A stretch of DNA of 64,000 bases, taken from assembly GCF_032116555.1 (NCBI RefSeq), contig NZ_CP134949.1:496001-560000 (forward strand), read 5' to 3'. Source of the DNA: Halorarum halobium. Its GTDB lineage: Archaea > Halobacteriota > Halobacteria > Halobacteriales > Haloferacaceae. This document shows positions 1 to 10,121 of this stretch, in pieces. The translations under genes and the position numbers were made by a program. Position 1 is the stretch's first letter, and every line of letters starts with the position of its first letter. Below the pieces are notes generated by a model that worked only from the letters and a program-made list of their open reading frames with translations, was not told the DNA's origin and did not search any database.

Positions 1-116
1 GTCGGCTCCCGCTCCGGGATCGGGACGTAGACGAACGAGCCGTCGGGGAACACCGGGCCGCGGCTCCCGGGCAGGTTCGTGTTCGCGGCGACGTTGATGG
101 CGACGGCTCGTGGCAC
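1..116 (-). CDS. N-terminus of a probable Nmad3-family putative nucleotide-modification protein (runs off the window edge)
   Basis: GTG at 116 reads MPRAVAINVAANTNLPGSRGPVFPDGSFVYVPIPERE; the GPxFxDGSFxYVPIPE pattern resembles Nmad3. Confidence 0.55.
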   Translation of the reverse strand, partial: MPRAVAINVAANTNLPGSRGPVFPDGSFVYVPIPEREP

Positions 117-133
117 GACTGCGCTTCCCCCGG

Positions 134-1057
134 TCAGTCGTCGGTTTCGGGGGCCTCGACGTCCGGCGGCGTGAGGTCGCGGTCGAACTCGTCGAAGACG
201 TCGAGGTCCTCGGGGAGGTCCGAGTCGATCCGGCGCTCGGCGGCGTTGTTCTCCAGTTTGTCGGCGATCGGGTCCGCGACCGACTCCCAGCCGGGTTTCA
301 CCTTCACGCTCCGGGCCGGGCTGCCGACGGCGACGTGGTGGGCCGGCACGTCGCCCTGCACGACCGACTTCGCGCCGACGACGCTGTTCGCGCCGACCTT
401 CACCCCCGCGCGGATCATCGAGTCGTACGTGATCCGGGCGTTGTCACCGATGATCGTGTGGAAGTTCTCGATGGCCGTCTGGTCGACGATGTCGTGGTCG
501 TGGCTGAACACGTGGGCGTGATCGGAGATGGAGACCTTCTCGCCGATGGTCAGCCTGCCGCGGTCGTCCAGGTGAACGTCGTCGTGGATCACGGTGTTGT
601 CGCCGATCTCGATGTTGTGGCCGTAGGTGAACGTGATCCCCTTGAACAGCCTGAGGTTCTCGCCGGCCTCGGCGAACAGGTGACCCGCGAGCATCTCGCG
701 GAATCGGAGCGCGAACTCGATGTTGTCGGCCATCGGCGTCGCGTCGAACTGCCGCCAGAGCCACTGGAGGTGTTTCGAGCGCTCGAACGTCTCCTCGTCC
801 TTCTCGGCGTAGTACTCCGATTCCAGGGTCGCGTTGCACGGGTCATACCCCTGCAGGCGGACCCGTTCGGCGGGCGTCACGTCGCCGCCGGCCTGCCACG
901 CCTCGTAGGCGTCACGGTCCCCGAACAGGTCCACGAGGGTGTCGCGGACGACCTCGCAGGTCTCCTCGTCGCCGGAGAGCCGTTCGTCCACCTGCTCGAT
1001 GAAGGCCCGGAGTCCCTCCTCCGCCTCCGCCGGGAGCGAGACGTGACGCTTGGTCAT
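134..1057 (-). CDS. Hexapeptide-repeat acyltransferase (maltose O-acetyltransferase-like)
   Basis: Left-handed beta-helix repeats (IEIGDNTVIHDDVHL, IIGDNARI, VGANSVVGAKSVVQGDVP...GSPAR); start taken at MTKRH. Confidence 0.85.
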   Translation of the reverse strand: MTKRHVSLPAEAEEGLRAFIEQVDERLSGDEETCEVVRDTLVDLFGDRDAYEAWQAGGDVTPAERVRLQGYDPCNATLESEYYAEKDEETFERSKHLQWLWRQFDATPMADNIEFALRFREMLAGHLFAEAGENLRLFKGITFTYGHNIEIGDNTVIHDDVHLDDRGRLTIGEKVSISDHAHVFSHDHDIVDQTAIENFHTIIGDNARITYDSMIRAGVKVGANSVVGAKSVVQGDVPAHHVAVGSPARSVKVKPGWESVADPIADKLENNAAERRIDSDLPEDLDVFDEFDRDLTPPDVEAPETDD

Positions 1058-1207
1058 GTCCCGGACTTGGCAGTCGGGAGCCAAAGGGGTTCGGATGTGC
1101 GTGCCGGTCGCCGGAGCGCCATCGGGCGGTACGGCGGTCCGCTCGGTTCGTGCGGTCGGGCGAGTTCGCCGTCCTCGTCGGCGACGACGCCTGCCCGTGC
1201 CGGGCCC

Positions 1208-1387
1208 TCAGCCGTGATCGTTCGCGGTGACGACGGCCAGATAGGCGAGCATCGACCCGACGGCGACCGCCGCGAGGAGGCCGACGGCCCCCTCGGTGGA
1301 GAGGACCTCGAACAGCAGGACGCCGAGGATTCCCGCGAGGAGCGCGACGATGACGTTCAGCCGGGCGGCGAGCGCGTCGGAGGGCAT
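1208..1387 (-). CDS. Small two-TM membrane protein
   Basis: 59 aa from MPSDALAARLNVIVALLAGILG; two hydrophobic segments. Confidence 0.5.
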   Translation of the reverse strand: MPSDALAARLNVIVALLAGILGVLLFEVLSTEGAVGLLAAVAVGSMLAYLAVVTANDHG

Positions 1388-1476
1388 ACCCTCGACCCTC
1401 GCCCCCACCGACTTTCCTCTTTTCACTGATGACGGCTGACGTGGTTGGGATTTCGGATCGGGATTCCGGAGGCGGT

Positions 1477-1820
1477 CGGCGCGCGTGACGGCGAGCCCCG
1501 AAGTGGGCGAGCAGACGCGCGCGAGGGACGAGCACCGCAGGCGAACGAGCGAAGCGAGTGAGACGAGGAGCGCAGGAGGCTGGGGAGGGTGAGGCGCGGG
1601 GCGGTCGCGGTGGGTGGGACTGAAAGGGGCCGGCTGGGTACGCGAACCCCGGACCCGGTGAGGCGAGCAAAGCGAGGCGAACCTCGGAAGTCGCAGCCGA
1701 CGAACGTCGCGAGGAGGACCGTCTTCCGTAGCAAGCACCGCAGGCGAGCGTAGCGAGCCGAGGAGCACAGCGCGGTCCGCGGGAGCGTAGCCAGCCGGGG
1801 GCTTTCGAGGCGGTCGTCAC
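1477..1820 (+). repeat. Modular intergenic palindromic repeat, copy R1 (full-length type)
   Basis: Colinear with reverse complement of 46163-46425; core GGGTGGGACTGAAAGGGGCCG at 1612-1632; terminal GGGGGCTTTCGAGGCGGTC. Confidence 0.9.
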
Positions 1821-1980
1821 TATCCACCGGCCCACGCCGGACGTGACACATCAGGAGCCGAGAACGGCGAGGGATTCCGTGTCCACTGCCACGATATCCC
1901 TTCGACCTGCGTTCGACCCACACAGTTGCCCACGTTCGAGGACCGGTCCGGCTAAGTCCCCGGATGCCCCACACCCGCGC

Positions 1981-3048
1981 ATGCACTACCGCGAACTGGG
2001 CGACTCCGGCGTCGAGGTGAGCGAGGTCGCCTTCGGCGCGTGGGTCGTGGGGACCGACTGGTGGGGCGACCGGAGCGACGCGGACGCCGTCGAGATGGTC
2101 GAGTACGCGCTGGAGAACGACGTCACGTTCTTCGACACCGGCGACGTGTACGGCCACGGCCGCTCGGAGGAACTCGTCGGCGAGGCGCTCTCGGAGCACC
2201 GCGACGAGGTCACGGTCGGCACGAAGGTCGGCTACGACTTCTACGACAACCCGCAGGCGGGCCACGGCGAACTCCCGAAGGAGCTGACCCCCGAGTACGT
2301 CCGTGAGGCCGTCGAGAACTCGCTCGACCGGCTCGACATGGAGTACGTCGACGTGCTGTTCCTCCACAACGCGAACGTCGACGAGGTGACCGACGAGCTG
2401 CTGGAGACGCTGTACGACCTCCGCGGGGAGGGGGTCGTCGACGCGCTCGGCTGGGCGCTCGGCCCCTCAATCGGCTGGCTGGCCGAGGGCGACCGCGCCG
2501 CGGAACTAGACTTCGACGCGATCCAGACCGTCTACAACCTGTTCGAGCAGACGCCCGGCAACCACTTCGTCGAGAGCATCCGCGAGGAGAACGCCGACAC
2601 GAGCATCGTCGCCCGCGTCCCGCACTCCTCGGGCCTGCTGAACGAGCAGGTCACGCCCGACACCGAACTCGGCGAGGGCGACCACCGCGCCTACCGACCC
2701 GACGACTGGTTCGAGACCGGCTGGGAGAAGCTGGATGAGATTAGGTTCCTCGAACGCGACGGCGCGCGGACGATGAGCCAGGCGGCCATCCAGTGGCTGC
2801 TCGCCCACGACGAGGTCGCCGCGGTGACGCCGACGTTCCGCTCCCGGGAGGACATCGACGAGTGGGCCGCCGCCTCCGAGACGCCCCCGCTCTCCGAGGA
2901 GGAGTTCGAACGCGTCGCCGACCTGTCCGCCCGGAACTTCGGCATCGACCGGAGCGACGGCATGGACGCCGAGGAGTTCCGCACCTCCGTCGGCGGCGAG
3001 GACCTCCGGGACGCGGGCGTCATCCCCGCGAACTCCGCCGAGAACTGA
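1981..3048 (+). CDS. Aldo/keto reductase
   Basis: MHYRELGDSGVEVSEVAFGAW, FFDTGDVYGHGRSEE, SLDRLDMEYVDVLFLH motifs. Confidence 0.92.
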   Translation: MHYRELGDSGVEVSEVAFGAWVVGTDWWGDRSDADAVEMVEYALENDVTFFDTGDVYGHGRSEELVGEALSEHRDEVTVGTKVGYDFYDNPQAGHGELPKELTPEYVREAVENSLDRLDMEYVDVLFLHNANVDEVTDELLETLYDLRGEGVVDALGWALGPSIGWLAEGDRAAELDFDAIQTVYNLFEQTPGNHFVESIREENADTSIVARVPHSSGLLNEQVTPDTELGEGDHRAYRPDDWFETGWEKLDEIRFLERDGARTMSQAAIQWLLAHDEVAAVTPTFRSREDIDEWAAASETPPLSEEEFERVADLSARNFGIDRSDGMDAEEFRTSVGGEDLRDAGVIPANSAEN

Positions 3049-3257
3049 TGGGAGGCGGCGCGCGACCGTCGGGGCGCGCCCCCGGACGGCGGGGAAGCCG
3101 CGGGCGAATCGCGGCGGCGACGCTCGTCGTACACGCGGGACTCGCAGCCGCCGTCGCGCTGGACGCGCGTGGAACCGATCGTGACGCCGGCCGCTGGGGG
3201 CTGGTGACGCTCGCGACCGGAGTCTTCGGCGCCCTCGCGTACGTTCTCACGCGCTGA
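3048..3257 (+). CDS. Small membrane protein
   Basis: ATG overlaps upstream TGA (TGATG); two hydrophobic stretches flanking DARG, ending GALAYVLTR. Confidence 0.55.
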   Translation: MGGGARPSGRAPGRRGSRGRIAAATLVVHAGLAAAVALDARGTDRDAGRWGLVTLATGVFGALAYVLTR

Positions 3258-3290
3258 CCGCGATTCTCTCCCCGTATCGGCTCCCCGGGG

Positions 3291-4862
3291 TCACTCCGCG
3301 TTCGTCCTGACCTCGAAGCGGGCCCCGCCCCCGTCGCTCTCGACGAGCGCCACGTCCCAGCCGTGGGCGTGTGCGATCTCCCGGACGATCGACAGCCCGA
3401 AGCCCGTCCCGTCCTCCGCGGTGGTGAAGCCGCGCTCGAACACCTCCTCGCGGTCCCCCGGCGGGATTCCCACCCCGTCGTCGGCGACGAAGAACCCCTC
3501 GGCTGCCGGGAGGGTATCGACCGTGACGGCGACGTCCTCGCCGGCGTGCTCGGTCGCGTTCCGGAACAGGTTCTCGAACAGCTCCCGAAGCCGTGAGGGG
3601 TCGGCGCTCACGCTCCCGAGTTCCGGGCTCACCGAGAGGTCGCCGCCGGGGACGGTCCCCCACACCTCTCGGGCGAGGGGCGCGAGCGCGACCGGCTCGA
3701 TATCGCCGAGGTCCCGGCCGGTCCGCGCCAGCGAGAGCAGGTCCTCGATGAGCGCCTCCATCCTGCCGTGTGCCTCCGCGATGCGGGCGTGGTGCTCGCT
3801 GTCCCCCTCGTCGGCCGCGAGTTCGAGCCGGCCCTGTGCGACGTTGAGCGGGTTCCGGAGGTCGTGGCTCACGACCGAGGCGAACTCCTCCAGCCGGTCG
3901 TTCTGTCGGGCCAGTTCCCGCTCGCGGTGGCGGAGCATCACCTCCCGCTCGGCCCGGTCGAGCGCCGCCTCGACGTTGTCGGCGAACACCCGTGCGAGAC
4001 CCAGATCCGACTCATCGAAGGCGTTCGTCTCGTCGGAGCCGGCCATGAACACGCCGTGCTCGCCGAGCGGGAGGACGACCTCGCTCCGGACCTTCGTGTC
4101 GGGGTTCTGGACGCGCTCGGATTCGCGCACGTCGCCGTGGAGGACGGCTTCGCCGGACTCGAACGCCTCCCAGCCCACGCTGCCGTCCTCCAGATCGGGG
4201 ATGTCGCCGAACATCGCTCTCGCCTCCTCGGTGACGCTCACCGGGACGAGCCGGGTCCCGTCCGAGGAGAGCAGGTGGATCGAGTTGACGCGGAGCCCGA
4301 GGATCTCGTGGGCCGCGTTCGTCGCGGAGGCGGCGACTGCGGCGGTGTCCCGGGCGGTCATCAGCTCTCGGGCCGCCTTGTGGAGCCGGTCGAGGCGGCG
4401 TTCGCGGTCGAGCCGGTCGAGCGCGACCCCCATGTTCTCGGCGAGCAGGTGGACGAGTTCGACGTTCGTCTCGTCTGCGTCCCGCTGGTCGGCCGCGCCC
4501 GCGACGAGGACGCCGTGGGAGCCGATGGGGACCACGACCCCGGCCTCGATCACCGAATCGCGGACCCGGTCGAACGTGACCGGCTCGCTCCCCTCGAAGA
4601 CGGACCAGACCGCGTCGCCACGCCGGTACACGGGGACCTCGTCGTAGCGCTCGCGGATCGCCTCGCTCGTCGCGATCGGTTCGAGGTGCCCGCTCGATTC
4701 GAGGAGGTAGACGCCGACGAACGGGAGCCCGAGGATGTCCTCGGCCGTCTCGACGGCCACGGCACAGAGCGACTCGCGGTCGGCGGCCGTCAGCAGATCC
4801 CGCGTCGCCGCGTAGAGCGCCCGCACGCGCTCGGTTCCCCCCTGGGGGTCGCGGGGATTCAT
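3291..4862 (-). CDS. GAF-GAF sensor histidine kinase
   Basis: FASVVSHDLRNPLNVA H-box, ENLFRNA N-box, DDGVGIP and GTGFGLSIV G-boxes; two GAF-like repeats. Confidence 0.9.
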   Translation of the reverse strand: MNPRDPQGGTERVRALYAATRDLLTAADRESLCAVAVETAEDILGLPFVGVYLLESSGHLEPIATSEAIRERYDEVPVYRRGDAVWSVFEGSEPVTFDRVRDSVIEAGVVVPIGSHGVLVAGAADQRDADETNVELVHLLAENMGVALDRLDRERRLDRLHKAARELMTARDTAAVAASATNAAHEILGLRVNSIHLLSSDGTRLVPVSVTEEARAMFGDIPDLEDGSVGWEAFESGEAVLHGDVRESERVQNPDTKVRSEVVLPLGEHGVFMAGSDETNAFDESDLGLARVFADNVEAALDRAEREVMLRHRERELARQNDRLEEFASVVSHDLRNPLNVAQGRLELAADEGDSEHHARIAEAHGRMEALIEDLLSLARTGRDLGDIEPVALAPLAREVWGTVPGGDLSVSPELGSVSADPSRLRELFENLFRNATEHAGEDVAVTVDTLPAAEGFFVADDGVGIPPGDREEVFERGFTTAEDGTGFGLSIVREIAHAHGWDVALVESDGGGARFEVRTNAE

Positions 4863-4981
4863 TACTGCTGGGGTATCGGAGGGGTCCTGATAAATCCCGC
4901 ACCTTCCGTGCGAGTGGTTCCCGAACGCGCGTGGATCGCCCGAACACGCGTGGGTCGCCCGGACGCTCGTGAACCCGCCGG

Positions 4982-6586
4982 TCAGGCCAGGAACACGTGC
5001 CGCGGCCGGTCGGCCAGGACGTCCCGGCCCCACGAGACGGTGTCCCGGAACGCGTCCGAGCGGAAGAACGCCATCGCGTCCTCCTTCGAGGCCCACTGGC
5101 TGGCGATGAACATGTCGTTCTCGTCCTCGCGGTTCACCATCAGGTCCGTCTCGTGGTGGCCCTCCATGTCGGCGAGCAGGTCGCCGACCGTCCCGAACTT
5201 CCCGACGAAGTCGTCGGTGTGTTCGGGCTTGACGGTGTAGAACATCCCCATGGTGCCGAACCCGGACTCCTCGCCGGCGCGCGCGACGATGCCGGGGAGC
5301 TCCGAGAGGAAGCCCGCCGCCGTCTCGGCCGCGCTGGCCGTCTCCCAGATGGAGACCACCGCCTCGCGGTCGGTCTCGGTGCCCGAGTAGACGGCCGTCT
5401 TCACGTGGGTGCCGTAGTGGTCGAAGTTGCCGCGCAGCCCCTCGACCTCCTCGAACAGTTCGTCCGGGTCGGCCTCGGAGTAGAGCACGGTGGCGAACAC
5501 GTCCTCGCCGTGGGGTTTGCCGGCGTAGATGTCGAGGTCCCCCAGTTCGGCGCGGATCGACGCCTCGTCGTCCGCCTCCGCCCCGTCGCCGTCGCGCTCG
5601 TCGCTCTCGCCGCCGTCGCGTCCGTGGTGGCCGCCCTCCGCGTGCGGATGGTCGCCGTCGCCGCTGTGGCCGTCGCCGTGAGGGTGGTCCCCGTGCGCGG
5701 ACTGGCCGTGCGGGCGGCCGCTGGTGGCACCTGCCTCGCCGGCAGCGTGCGGGTGGCCGCCGTGGTGCCCCTCGCCGTGCGGGCCCCCGGACTCGCCGTG
5801 GTCGCTCGTCGGCACCGGGTCGCCGGCGAGGTACGCGCCGAGATCGCTCGGCGGGAACCGGCGACCGACGTAGAACTGCCCGAACTCGCCGTAGCGCGAG
5901 GACGCCTCGTCGAAGCGCATCTCGTAGACGATGTCCTTGATGTCGGTCGGGTCCGACGCGAACAGGGTGACGCCCCACTCGTGGTCGTCGAACCCCACGG
6001 AGGAGGCGATGACCTGCTTGATCTTCCCGGCGTACTCCCGGCCCACGTCGCCGTGGCCCGACATCAACTCGGCGCGCTCGTCGAAGCTCAGGTCGTACCA
6101 GTTGTCCCGTTCGCCCCGGCGCTTGCTCATCGGGTAGAAGGAGACGTACTCGCCCTGGGGGATGTCCGGCTTCAGTTTCCCCTCGATGTAGCGGCGGAGC
6201 CCCTCGTCGATCTCGTCCTCGTCGCCCTCGAAGTAGTCGTCCGAGACGTATCCGGACACCTCGGTGACGGAGACGTAGGAGGTCGGCTGGCTCGTGAACG
6301 ACGCGAGCGCGGTGGATTCGAACCGGCGTTCGGCCGTCGAGAGCGCGTCCATCGTCGGCCGGAAGTGGACGACGAGCAGGTCGGCCTTGTGCCCGAGGAC
6401 GGAGAACACCGCCGAGGCACCTTCCTCGGCGTCGGCGACGTCCTCGTGGCGCTGCAGGTAGTCGGTCCCCTCGGCGATCGCCTGTCGACGGTCGCGCTCG
6501 GGGGCGTCACGCCAGCCGTCCCAGTCCACCTGCCGGAAGTCGTGGAGCACGTACCACCCTTCGTCGGTCCGCGGGGCTTCGGTCAT
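4982..6586 (-). CDS. pitA: PitA: chlorite dismutase/coproheme decarboxylase-like domain fused to ABM monooxygenase domain
   Basis: EGWYVLHDF, YPMSKRR...NWY, GFDDHEWGVTLF, MRFDEASSRYGEFG; His-rich linker; C-terminal ABM domain. Confidence 0.88.
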   Translation of the reverse strand: MTEAPRTDEGWYVLHDFRQVDWDGWRDAPERDRRQAIAEGTDYLQRHEDVADAEEGASAVFSVLGHKADLLVVHFRPTMDALSTAERRFESTALASFTSQPTSYVSVTEVSGYVSDDYFEGDEDEIDEGLRRYIEGKLKPDIPQGEYVSFYPMSKRRGERDNWYDLSFDERAELMSGHGDVGREYAGKIKQVIASSVGFDDHEWGVTLFASDPTDIKDIVYEMRFDEASSRYGEFGQFYVGRRFPPSDLGAYLAGDPVPTSDHGESGGPHGEGHHGGHPHAAGEAGATSGRPHGQSAHGDHPHGDGHSGDGDHPHAEGGHHGRDGGESDERDGDGAEADDEASIRAELGDLDIYAGKPHGEDVFATVLYSEADPDELFEEVEGLRGNFDHYGTHVKTAVYSGTETDREAVVSIWETASAAETAAGFLSELPGIVARAGEESGFGTMGMFYTVKPEHTDDFVGKFGTVGDLLADMEGHHETDLMVNREDENDMFIASQWASKEDAMAFFRSDAFRDTVSWGRDVLADRPRHVFLA

Positions 6587-6700
6587 GCTCGGGGGTTGGC
6601 ACGCGGGGGGTTTGCCTGTTTTCCTTCGATTCTTTTGGAAAGTGCGGTGTCGGCTGGGGATGACTCGGGTGGTGTTTCGGGTCTCAGGGGTTCGCTGGTG

Positions 6701-6929
6701 ATGACCGCGAAAGCCCCCGCGGCTCTCGGCTCCCGGGCCTCGCTGCGGTCCTCAGTCGCTCGCTCCGCTCGCGCCCGCCGCGGTGCTCGTCCATCAGATG
6801 CGGTCGGCGCGTGCCGGCGGGCCTCCGTGCCCGCCGGGTGCGCGCGAGGGGTGAGCATCGCAGCGAGCTTGCGAGCGAGAAGCGCAACGGCTGGGGAGGG
6901 CGAGGCCGTAATCACCGCCAGCAGTAGTG
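6701..6929. repeat. Modular intergenic repeat, copy R2 (composite, head-to-head modules)
   Basis: Begins CGAAAGCCCCCGCGG; 6800-6929 is a near reverse complement of 31170-31280. Confidence 0.85.
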
Positions 6930-7006
6930 ATCCAGTTGTTCGTCCAGTAGACTAGCGACGCACTCGCCTTCGAACCACCGCGATTCCGCTACCCGTTCAA
7001 ATCGGA

Positions 7007-7543
7007 CTAGTTCTCCTCGATGGCGTCGATCACCACCGCAGCGATGACCACCAGCCGCGGATCGATATCGCCCGACACCGACACCGTGTAGCGGTCCCGG
7101 AACGAGAACGCGCCCTCGATCCGCCCGACCTCGCTCCCGTCATCGGCCTCCACGACGTAGGCGAACGGCAGCAGCGTCGTCACCATCCGGCGGACGAACG
7201 CGCGCAGCCAGTTGTCCTCCTTCACCGTCGCCACGACGTCGCCGTCGGGACCGAGCAACTGGTACTCGTGTTTCAGCAGCGACTTCAGGCTCCGCTTGAC
7301 CGACCCGACGCGCTCGCCCGTCCGCGAGTCCTCGATGTCGTAGGCGGCCGACGTGTCGAGCACGCTGTCAGCTTTCACTCGGAACAGTTCCTCGCCGCCG
7401 TCGGCGTCGGTAAAGCGGAAGTCCTCCTTCAGCTTCAGCTTCTTCTGCTTGGACGCGAGGATCTCCCGACCCTCCTCGGAGACGACGTACGCGTTGCCGA
7501 TGGCGATCTTCTGCTGGATCTCGTAGCGGGAACCGTCGAACAT
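7007..7543 (-). CDS. LURP-one/scramblase-like (Tubby C-terminal-like) protein
   Basis: YEIQQKIAIGNAY, KQKKLKLKEDFRF, DPRLVVIAAVVIDAIE. Confidence 0.7.
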   Translation of the reverse strand: MFDGSRYEIQQKIAIGNAYVVSEEGREILASKQKKLKLKEDFRFTDADGGEELFRVKADSVLDTSAAYDIEDSRTGERVGSVKRSLKSLLKHEYQLLGPDGDVVATVKEDNWLRAFVRRMVTTLLPFAYVVEADDGSEVGRIEGAFSFRDRYTVSVSGDIDPRLVVIAAVVIDAIEEN

Positions 7544-7694
7544 GGCCGATGATGCCGCCCCCGCCGGCATGAACGTTCGGAGTTCGACCCGCGGCGCGGC
7601 CCACAGTTGCCGGGTCTGGTCCGACGCCGGATCCGGGTCGGACTGTGACGGCGTACCCGAATGCCTTTGCCCGAGCGGGGATTCCTCCCCGGTA

Positions 7695-9482
7695 ATGAAC
7701 ACGCTCCTGTGGGTCCTCGCGGGCGTGATCGCTTACACCGCGGTCCTCACGGCCCTCAAGTCCCGGGGCTACCTCCCCGACTCCGTGCGGGTGCAGGGCC
7801 CGCTCACGACGATACACACCGGCCGCGGCCGGGCGTTCCTGAACTGGCTCGCGTCCGCGAAACGGTTCTGGCGCGCCTGGAGCAACGTCGGCGTCGGCGT
7901 CGCGCTGGTCGTGATGTTCGGGATGTTCTACCTGCTCGTCCAGTCGGCGGTGCTGACGTTCCAGAACCCGGTCTCCACGCAGGCGAACGAGCCCCAGAAC
8001 TTCCTCGTCATCCCCGGGGTCAACGACTTCCTGCCGCTCGCGGTCGCCCCCGAGATCGTGCTCGGCCTGCTCATCGCGCTGGTGGTCCACGAGGGCGGCC
8101 ACGGCCTGCTCTGTCGCGTCGAGGACATCGACATCGAGTCGATGGGCGTCGTCCTGCTCGCGTTCATCCCCGTCGGCGCGTTCGTCGAACCCGACGAGGA
8201 GAGCCAGCGCGAGGCGGATCGCGGCGCCCGCTCGCGGATGTTCGCCGCCGGCGTCACCAACAACTTCGTCGTCACGATTCTCGCGCTCGTGCTGCTGTTC
8301 GGGCCGGTGGTCGGGGCCATCTCGGCCGCCCCGGGCGTCGCGGTCGGCGGCGCGTATCAGGGCGCGCCAGCGGCGACGGCCGGCATCGAGGGCGGCGACC
8401 GCGTCACCGCGGTCGGCGGGACGCCCGTCTCGAACGAGTCTGATCTCCGGGCCGCGCTCGCGGCCGCGCCGAACCAGTCGGTCCAGGTCGAGGTGAACGG
8501 CGAGGAGACGGTGCGGGTCGACCGGCGCGTCGTCGTCGTCGGGGCGACCGACGGGAACCCGGCCAACTTCTCGATCGGCCCCGACGAGCCGCCGGTGAAC
8601 GTCACGGCCGTCAACGGCACGGCGGTCGACACGTACGGCGAGTTCCGCGAGGTGGCGGCCGAACACGAGTACGCGCGCCTCTCGACGAGCGCCGGCGAGC
8701 GGACGATCCCGCTCGGCATCTACGTCTCCACGGTCGCCGCTGACGGGCCGATCGACAACGCGACCGGGCTGAACGGCTCGTTCGTCGTCACCGAGGTGGC
8801 CGGCGAGCGGGTCGTCGACCTCGCCGCCCTCGACGGGGCGCTCGCGGGCCACGAGCCCGGCGACACGGTGACGATGCGGGCGTACGTCGACGGCTCGTTC
8901 GAGGAACACGAGATCACCCTCGCCGGCACCGCAGCCGACCCCAGGATCGGCGTGTACGCGCCGGCGGGCGTCTCCGGGCTCGTCGTCGACGACTTCGGCG
9001 TCCGGTCGTACCCGGCCGACTCGTACCTCTCGCTGCTCGGCGGCGGCCAGGGCGAGGCACCGCCCGGACTGGGCGGGCTCGCGGACTCGTTCCTCGGGCT
9101 GGCGTACCTAATGCTCGTGCTGCCGCTCGCGGGGGCCATCGGCTACCTCCCGTACAACTTCGCCGGCTTCTACGGCGTGTTCACCAACTTCTACCAGGTG
9201 AGCGGCCCGCTGGCGACGTTCGGCGAGACGCCGGTGTTCCTCGCCGCGAACGTGCTGTTCTGGACGGCCTGGATCAACGTTCAGCTGGGCATCTTCAACT
9301 GCATACCGGGCTACCCGCTCGACGGCGGGCGCATCCTCCGGATGGTCGCGGAGGGGATCGTCTCGCGGCTCCCCGTCTCGGACCGCCCGCGGCTGGTCAG
9401 CACGCTCACCACGTCGGTCGGGCTGACGATGCTCGCGGCGCTGCTGGTCATCGTGTTCGGGCCGCAGTTCATCGCGGGGTAA
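7695..9482 (+). CDS. Site-2 protease (M50) with PDZ domains
   Basis: HEGGH zinc motif, NCIPGYPLDGG, PAATAGIEGGDRVTAVGG PDZ signature. Confidence 0.92.
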   Translation: MNTLLWVLAGVIAYTAVLTALKSRGYLPDSVRVQGPLTTIHTGRGRAFLNWLASAKRFWRAWSNVGVGVALVVMFGMFYLLVQSAVLTFQNPVSTQANEPQNFLVIPGVNDFLPLAVAPEIVLGLLIALVVHEGGHGLLCRVEDIDIESMGVVLLAFIPVGAFVEPDEESQREADRGARSRMFAAGVTNNFVVTILALVLLFGPVVGAISAAPGVAVGGAYQGAPAATAGIEGGDRVTAVGGTPVSNESDLRAALAAAPNQSVQVEVNGEETVRVDRRVVVVGATDGNPANFSIGPDEPPVNVTAVNGTAVDTYGEFREVAAEHEYARLSTSAGERTIPLGIYVSTVAADGPIDNATGLNGSFVVTEVAGERVVDLAALDGALAGHEPGDTVTMRAYVDGSFEEHEITLAGTAADPRIGVYAPAGVSGLVVDDFGVRSYPADSYLSLLGGGQGEAPPGLGGLADSFLGLAYLMLVLPLAGAIGYLPYNFAGFYGVFTNFYQVSGPLATFGETPVFLAANVLFWTAWINVQLGIFNCIPGYPLDGGRILRMVAEGIVSRLPVSDRPRLVSTLTTSVGLTMLAALLVIVFGPQFIAG

Positions 9483-9521
9483 ACGGTCGGAGAATCCCGG
9501 GAGGGTAGCGGTTCGTCGGTT

Positions 9522-10121
9522 TCAGTCGTCGCTGGCCCGTCCTTCGGCTTCCACGTTGTCGTCGTCGTCCTCCCCGCCATCTTCGTCCGCCTCGTTCCGT
9601 TCGGATGCGGGGGAGCCGCCGTGTGTCCCGTAGAACTCCGCGGGCGTGTCGGGGATGCGCTCGAACTCGCCGAAGTCGCGCTCGTGGTGTCTGACCATCT
9701 GCTCGACGATCCAGGCGGAGAAGGTGTCGTCGAAGCACCACTCGTCGGCGGGGGCGTCGGTCTCGAAGCGCTCGTCGGTGGCGAACGCGACGTAGACGTG
9801 ATAGAAGCCGAGGATGACGTCCGCGAAGTCGCGGGCTTTCCCGCCCGTCTCGGCGCGCTTCTCGGCGAGGTGCTCGTGGCCGGCGTCGGTCAGTTCGAAG
9901 TACTTCCGGTCGGGTTCGTCCTCGCGCTCGATGCGTTCCGCCCACCCCTCGTCCTCGAACTTGTAGAGGATGGGGTAGACCGAGCCGTAGGAGGGCTCCC
10001 AGTGCCCGCCGCTGATCTCCGTGATCTCCTTCAGTATCTCGTACCCGTACCGCGGTTTCTCCTCCAGCAGTTCGAGCACGAGATACGAGATGAGGCCACG
10101 CGGCGGGCCGCTCTTCCGCAT
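9522..10121 (-). CDS. PadR-family transcriptional regulator
   Basis: YGYEILKEI...WEPSYGSVYPILYKFE...RKYFELTDAG. Confidence 0.9.
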   Translation of the reverse strand: MRKSGPPRGLISYLVLELLEEKPRYGYEILKEITEISGGHWEPSYGSVYPILYKFEDEGWAERIEREDEPDRKYFELTDAGHEHLAEKRAETGGKARDFADVILGFYHVYVAFATDERFETDAPADEWCFDDTFSAWIVEQMVRHHERDFGEFERIPDTPAEFYGTHGGSPASERNEADEDGGEDDDDNVEAEGRASDD

